A stretch of 64,000 nucleotides of DNA from Malacoraja senta (Eukaryota): the NCBI GenBank assembly GCA_038087875.1, contig CM075990.1, positions 5,084,001 through 5,148,000 on the forward strand, written 5' to 3'. This document shows positions 60,389 to 64,000 of the stretch, one piece after another (within the stretch, counting starts at the first letter, position 1; every line of letters begins with the position of its first letter). The notes beneath the pieces were generated by a model. It did no database searches, was not told the origin of the DNA, and saw nothing but the letters and a program-made list of their open reading frames with translations. The position numbers were made by a program, and so were the translations under genes.

Positions 60389-60945
60389 CGTCCAGGAGGA
60401 TAACAATGAGGTGGATCTCAGTGAAGGTGGAAGAAGGCGGTGGCGGGTTGCTCAGAATGACGGGGAGGTCTGAAGACGGGGTTCTGTTGTGTAAGTAAGG
60501 TGACCATGTGTGCACGGCTGATGTGAAATGGAGCTCCTATCATCTCGGCGTCAGATTAGCTACTTAATTACGGATTGCCCTTCTCCTCGCGAGTCAGCCA
60601 ATCAGGCCTCAAGTGGGAAGGGATTGTTCACTCGGATCAAACGCCAAATGCAGGCTCGTAGTCAAAGAAAGGCTGAGAGAAGTGGGTGCGTGGGAGAGAG
60701 GCTGCAGCAGGGAGAGCACAGAACCTGGGGTTGAAAGCGAGGGATAAGGAGATTAGAAAAGGCAAGGAGACCGTGCTGGAGAATGAAATCGAGGAGTGGG
60801 GAGAAGGAAGGGGGGGGGGGGGAATGAATCTCCTTAAAGATAAACACAGGATCAGAAGGTGCAATTGTTCCGTGGAGTGGATTTAGGCGAATTCCCTGTC
60901 AGTAAACAGCCACGGCCAGTTCAATACACATGGCTTTGATATTAT

Positions 60946-61177
60946 GTGGAGGAACGAACTGCAGATGCTGGTTTAAACCGAAGATAAACACAAAATGCTG
61001 GAGTAACTCAGCGGGACAGGCAGCATACTCCAGCATTTTGTGTCTATCTTCGGTTTGAACCAGCATCTGCAGTTCCTTCCTTCACATTTCGTCGGCTCCA
61101 CTGCGAAATCTTCTCAACTTATCTCAAGGTATGTCTACTTTGAAAAAGTGCTCCTCCTCTCTCCGCTGAGAGTTCTA
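60946..61177. mobile_element. Penelope-like fold-back insertion (60-bp arms, 20-nt loop) with exact 13-bp TSD
   Basis: GCTTTGATATTAT at 60933-60945 and 61178-61190; arms 60946-61005 / 61026-61085. Confidence 0.85.
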
Positions 61178-62019
61178 GCTTTGATATTATAGCAGCTTGA
61201 CAGAAGGTTTAAACTAAAAGCTATTGGTAAGTATGAAGAAACTATTTTCTGTAATGGCGGAATTTAATCTGGATTTTTTTCCCCCCCATATCAAGAGTGG
61301 AGAAAATCTAGAACACACATATAAACGGCTGCAGAGACTCGACCAGTGAAGCTCGTCACGAAAGTAGACTGTTACAATGCTGGAATAGCTCAGCGGGACA
61401 GGCATCATTTTTGGAGTAAAAAATAATAGGGGACCCTTCTTCAGACTCGGGTCTCGACCCGATTGGCCGGTCACCTATTCCTTCTCACCAGAGATGCTGC
61501 CTGACCCGCTGAGTTACTCCACCATTTTCTGTCTATCTTCGCTATAAACCAGCATCTGCATTTCTTTCCTACACGTCTATCCCTTGTTCCAGTATTCGAC
61601 AGCGTCACCTTCGCGTCCACATTTTAGCCGCGGGAGCGTCTGAGTCCAACTTCCTTATAACTTCACAACAATCCTTGTACTTTAAGTTGATGCATATTCG
61701 GCACATGGCCAATGCAACGTGGTTGTAATTGGCGAAATGCCAAGTGTGAACCTTACCTGAGAGGCAGAGTTTGGAAGTCTGTAGAGACGAGGGGGAGGTC
61801 GATGGGGAAGAATAACTCACTGGGTAGAGGGTGGGGGTGGGGGGTCTTTAGTGAGCGACGACAAAGTATAAAGAGGTTGAAATAATTTCCTGTGGACTGC
61901 AGAGTGGACAGCTCCCGTTAATCCCCGTCCCCGTCCGACATGCAGAGGGAGCCGCACTGGCCCGAGAGGGCGAATGTTTGACATACAATAAATACAAGAA
62001 CCAATTCGCGACCAGCTTT

Positions 62020-62298
62020 AATTTAGAGGTACTGCGTGCAAACAGGCCCTTCGGCCCACCGAGCCCGCGCCGACCAGCGACCCCCCTCACACTAACACTA
62101 TCCTACACACACTGGGGACATTTTACAATTTTACCGAAGCCAACTAACCTACAAACTCCGTCGTTGGAGTGCGGGGGGGAAACCGGAGCTCCCGGACAAA
62201 ACCCACGCGGTCACGGGGAGAACGTACAATCTCCGTGCGATCAGACAGCACCAGGATCGAACCCGGGTCTCTGGTGCTGTGAGGCAGCAACTCTAGCA
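62020..62298 (-). mobile_element. HE1-like V-SINE
   Basis: AAACAGGCCCTTCGGCCCA tail and GGATCGAACCCGGGTCTCTGG head, both reverse complement. Confidence 0.85.
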
Positions 62299-62329
62299 GC
62301 AAATAGGGGGAGGTGGGGGGATTTCTCAG

Positions 62330-62740
62330 TCTAGTTGGTGCAGGAGAGGTTCACCAGGATGTTGCCTGGGTCAGAGAGAACATTAGTTATAAAGAGAGGT
62401 TGGATGAATTTGGATTATTTTCTTCTGAAGCGTCAGAGGATTTGATAGAATGTGATAGAATACAACTGTGAGAGGTAAATACAGCGTAGACAGTCGGAGT
62501 CGGAGTCTTTCCCCCCAAGGAGGAAATGTCGTATACTAGAGGACAACGGCTTAAAGTGAGAGGGAGTAAGTTTGAAAGAGTCGTGCAATGCAAGATTTTT
62601 TTAATGCAGAGTGGTGGACACATGGTAGGCATGGCCAGGGGAAGTGATGGATTCAGATACAGTTCTAGTGTTTGTTAGATTTAGACGGACCGGGCCTCGA
62701 GAAATGTGAATCACCTGCAGGCAAATGGGCTTGGTTTAAT
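62330..62740 (+). mobile_element. degraded CR1 LINE fragment
   Basis: GTGCAGGAGAGGTTCACCAGGATGTTGCCTGG (VQERFTRMLPG). Confidence 0.75.
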
Positions 62741-63269
62741 TTGCATCGTAGATAGACACAAGATATTCCTTCTCTCCAGAGATGCTGCCCGTCCCGCTGA
62801 GTTTCTCCAGCATTTTGTGTCTATCTTCGGTTTAAACCAGCATCTGCAGTTCCTTCCGACACATTTAATTAGCATCGTGGTCCGCACAGGTTCCGGCGTG
62901 TGTGTGTGTGTGTGTGTATGTGGGGTGTGTGTGTGGGGGGGGGGGGGGGCGGCGACCTAGCGCGGATACTGTGTATACTTTGTAACATTGTCAGCGCCCT
63001 TATGTGGCGACTATTTTGCATACCTTGGGTATGCAAGTAAAGAATTTCACTGTGACAATAACATCTACATTCATTCAGTCAGTCAGGAAGGGAGGGAACG
63101 GAAAGGGAAGACAGGAGTTCCTTGTGACTGACTGTAAAGCGGTGCGCAGCAGGCGTTGGCTTCAAGGCAGTGGCCAGGTAGGGGCGGCAGCCTTTAATGA
63201 AAGCTGTGGGGTTAGGGGGAGGGGAAAAGGGACTTCTCAGAAATTATTTACGTCATAGAGAAGTTTTTA

Positions 63270-63425
63270 AGAAAGAACTGCAGATGCTGGAAAAATCGAA
63301 GGTAGACAAAAATGCTGGAGAATGATCAGTCTGAAGAAGGGTCTCGACCCGAAACGTCACCCATTCCTTCGCTCCGTAGATGCTGCCTCGCCCGCTGAGT
63401 TTCTCCAGCTTTTTCTGTCTACCTT
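63270..63425. mobile_element. Penelope-like fold-back repeat holding the best-preserved hammerhead-like core
   Basis: GAACTGCAGATGCTGG..AATGCTGGAG, then CAGTCTGAAGAAGGGTCTCGACCCGAAACGTCACC..GATGCTGCC..CTCCAGC. Confidence 0.8.
63331..63358 (+). ncRNA. minimal hammerhead ribozyme-like motif (Penelope-associated)
   Basis: CTGAAGA-A-GGGTC(TC)GACCC-GAAAC-GTC: both catalytic boxes, helix II, palindromic ACGT helix III and a GUC triplet; helix I is weak. Confidence 0.55.
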
Positions 63426-64000
63426 ACATCATGGAGAATGTCAGGACTGACAAGAAGTGCGGGGAATCGGCGAGAGATCGGAATTCAGGGGTGTAGGTGA
63501 AATGTCCCGTAGAAACAAGGAACTGAGGATGCTGCTTTACAAAAGAACTGACAGACTGCTGGAGTAACTCAACGGGTCAGGCAGCATCGCTGGATAACAT
63601 TGATAGGCGACGTTTCGGGTGGGGGCCCTTCTTCAGACTCATTCTCGACCCGAAATGTCACCTGTCCATGTTCTCCTGAGATGTTGCCTGTCCCGCTGAG
63701 TTACTCCAGCTCCGAAGTTTTGGCAAGATTCAACTTTTTAAAATATTAAATTAGAGTAAGGAGAACTAAAGGACATAAACATAACAGGTGCAATCTGCTT
63801 AGTTTGTGATCAGACGGATCAGACGCAAGTGTATACTGCTACATGTGTGTACTGTATCTGGGATGCTTCTATAAGATGCGTCCAAGCGCTTATGTACGGT
63901 GATACTTGTACTGAATTGTATACAACAATGAATGTCACTGTCGACAGAGACAAAAAGCTGAAGTCACTCTGCGGGTCAGGCAGCATCTGTGGAGAAAGGG

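Larger units (their letters stand above)
55136..61030. repeat. near-identical tandem duplicate of 48696-54935 (wnt8b exons 1-5 plus promoter); probable assembly/haplotype duplication
   Basis: Sequence after the N gap restarts at ttccgacgctggcgt (=48696); ORF track is duplicated; offset 6440 at the start and 6095 at the end. Confidence 0.95.

Noticed and set aside
55136-61030. A true second wnt8b paralogue, or a teleost wnt8a-like tandem/bicistronic locus
   Set aside because: Near identity including introns, only synonymous exon differences, no exon 6, and a junction that is a round-number N gap; kept only as a testable finding.
60946-61085. Fold-back repeats as MITEs or miRNA precursors
   Set aside because: Arm lengths vary between copies, TSDs are long, and the sequence is linked to GIY-YIG fragments, which points to Penelope-type inverted insertions.

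Overview
Vertebrate genomic DNA, almost certainly a cartilaginous fish (skate/ray-like, judged from HE1/V-SINE-type SINEs, CR1 LINEs and a very abundant Penelope-derived repeat). It holds two convergent, intron-containing genes. The first is the 3' part of sec31b (+ strand, 12 coding exons from 1079 to the TGA at 34288, plus a candidate 39-nt cassette exon). The second is a complete wnt8b (- strand, 6 coding exons, 54287->46867, 357 aa). Wnt8b exons 1-5 and the promoter occur a second time (55136-61030) across a 200-N gap. This is most likely an assembly/haplotype false duplication: the three exonic differences are synonymous and the first copy breaks inside a 60-bp hairpin. The most interesting unannotated system is a family of Penelope-like retroelement remnants. 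They carry GIY-YIG C-terminal fragments and a minimal hammerhead-ribozyme-like core (CTGAAGA-stemII-GAAAC-GTC), and they insert as fold-back or partial-tandem units flanked by 13-15 bp target-site duplications. One such duplication copies a TCF/LEF motif upstream of wnt8b. Other observations: a perfect 74-bp palindrome, a TTAA-flanked MITE, an inverted young CR1 pair in one intron, a covarying hairpin in a LINE-like tail, and a SINE-SINE 391-bp deletion between the two wnt8b copies. All coordinates were read by eye.
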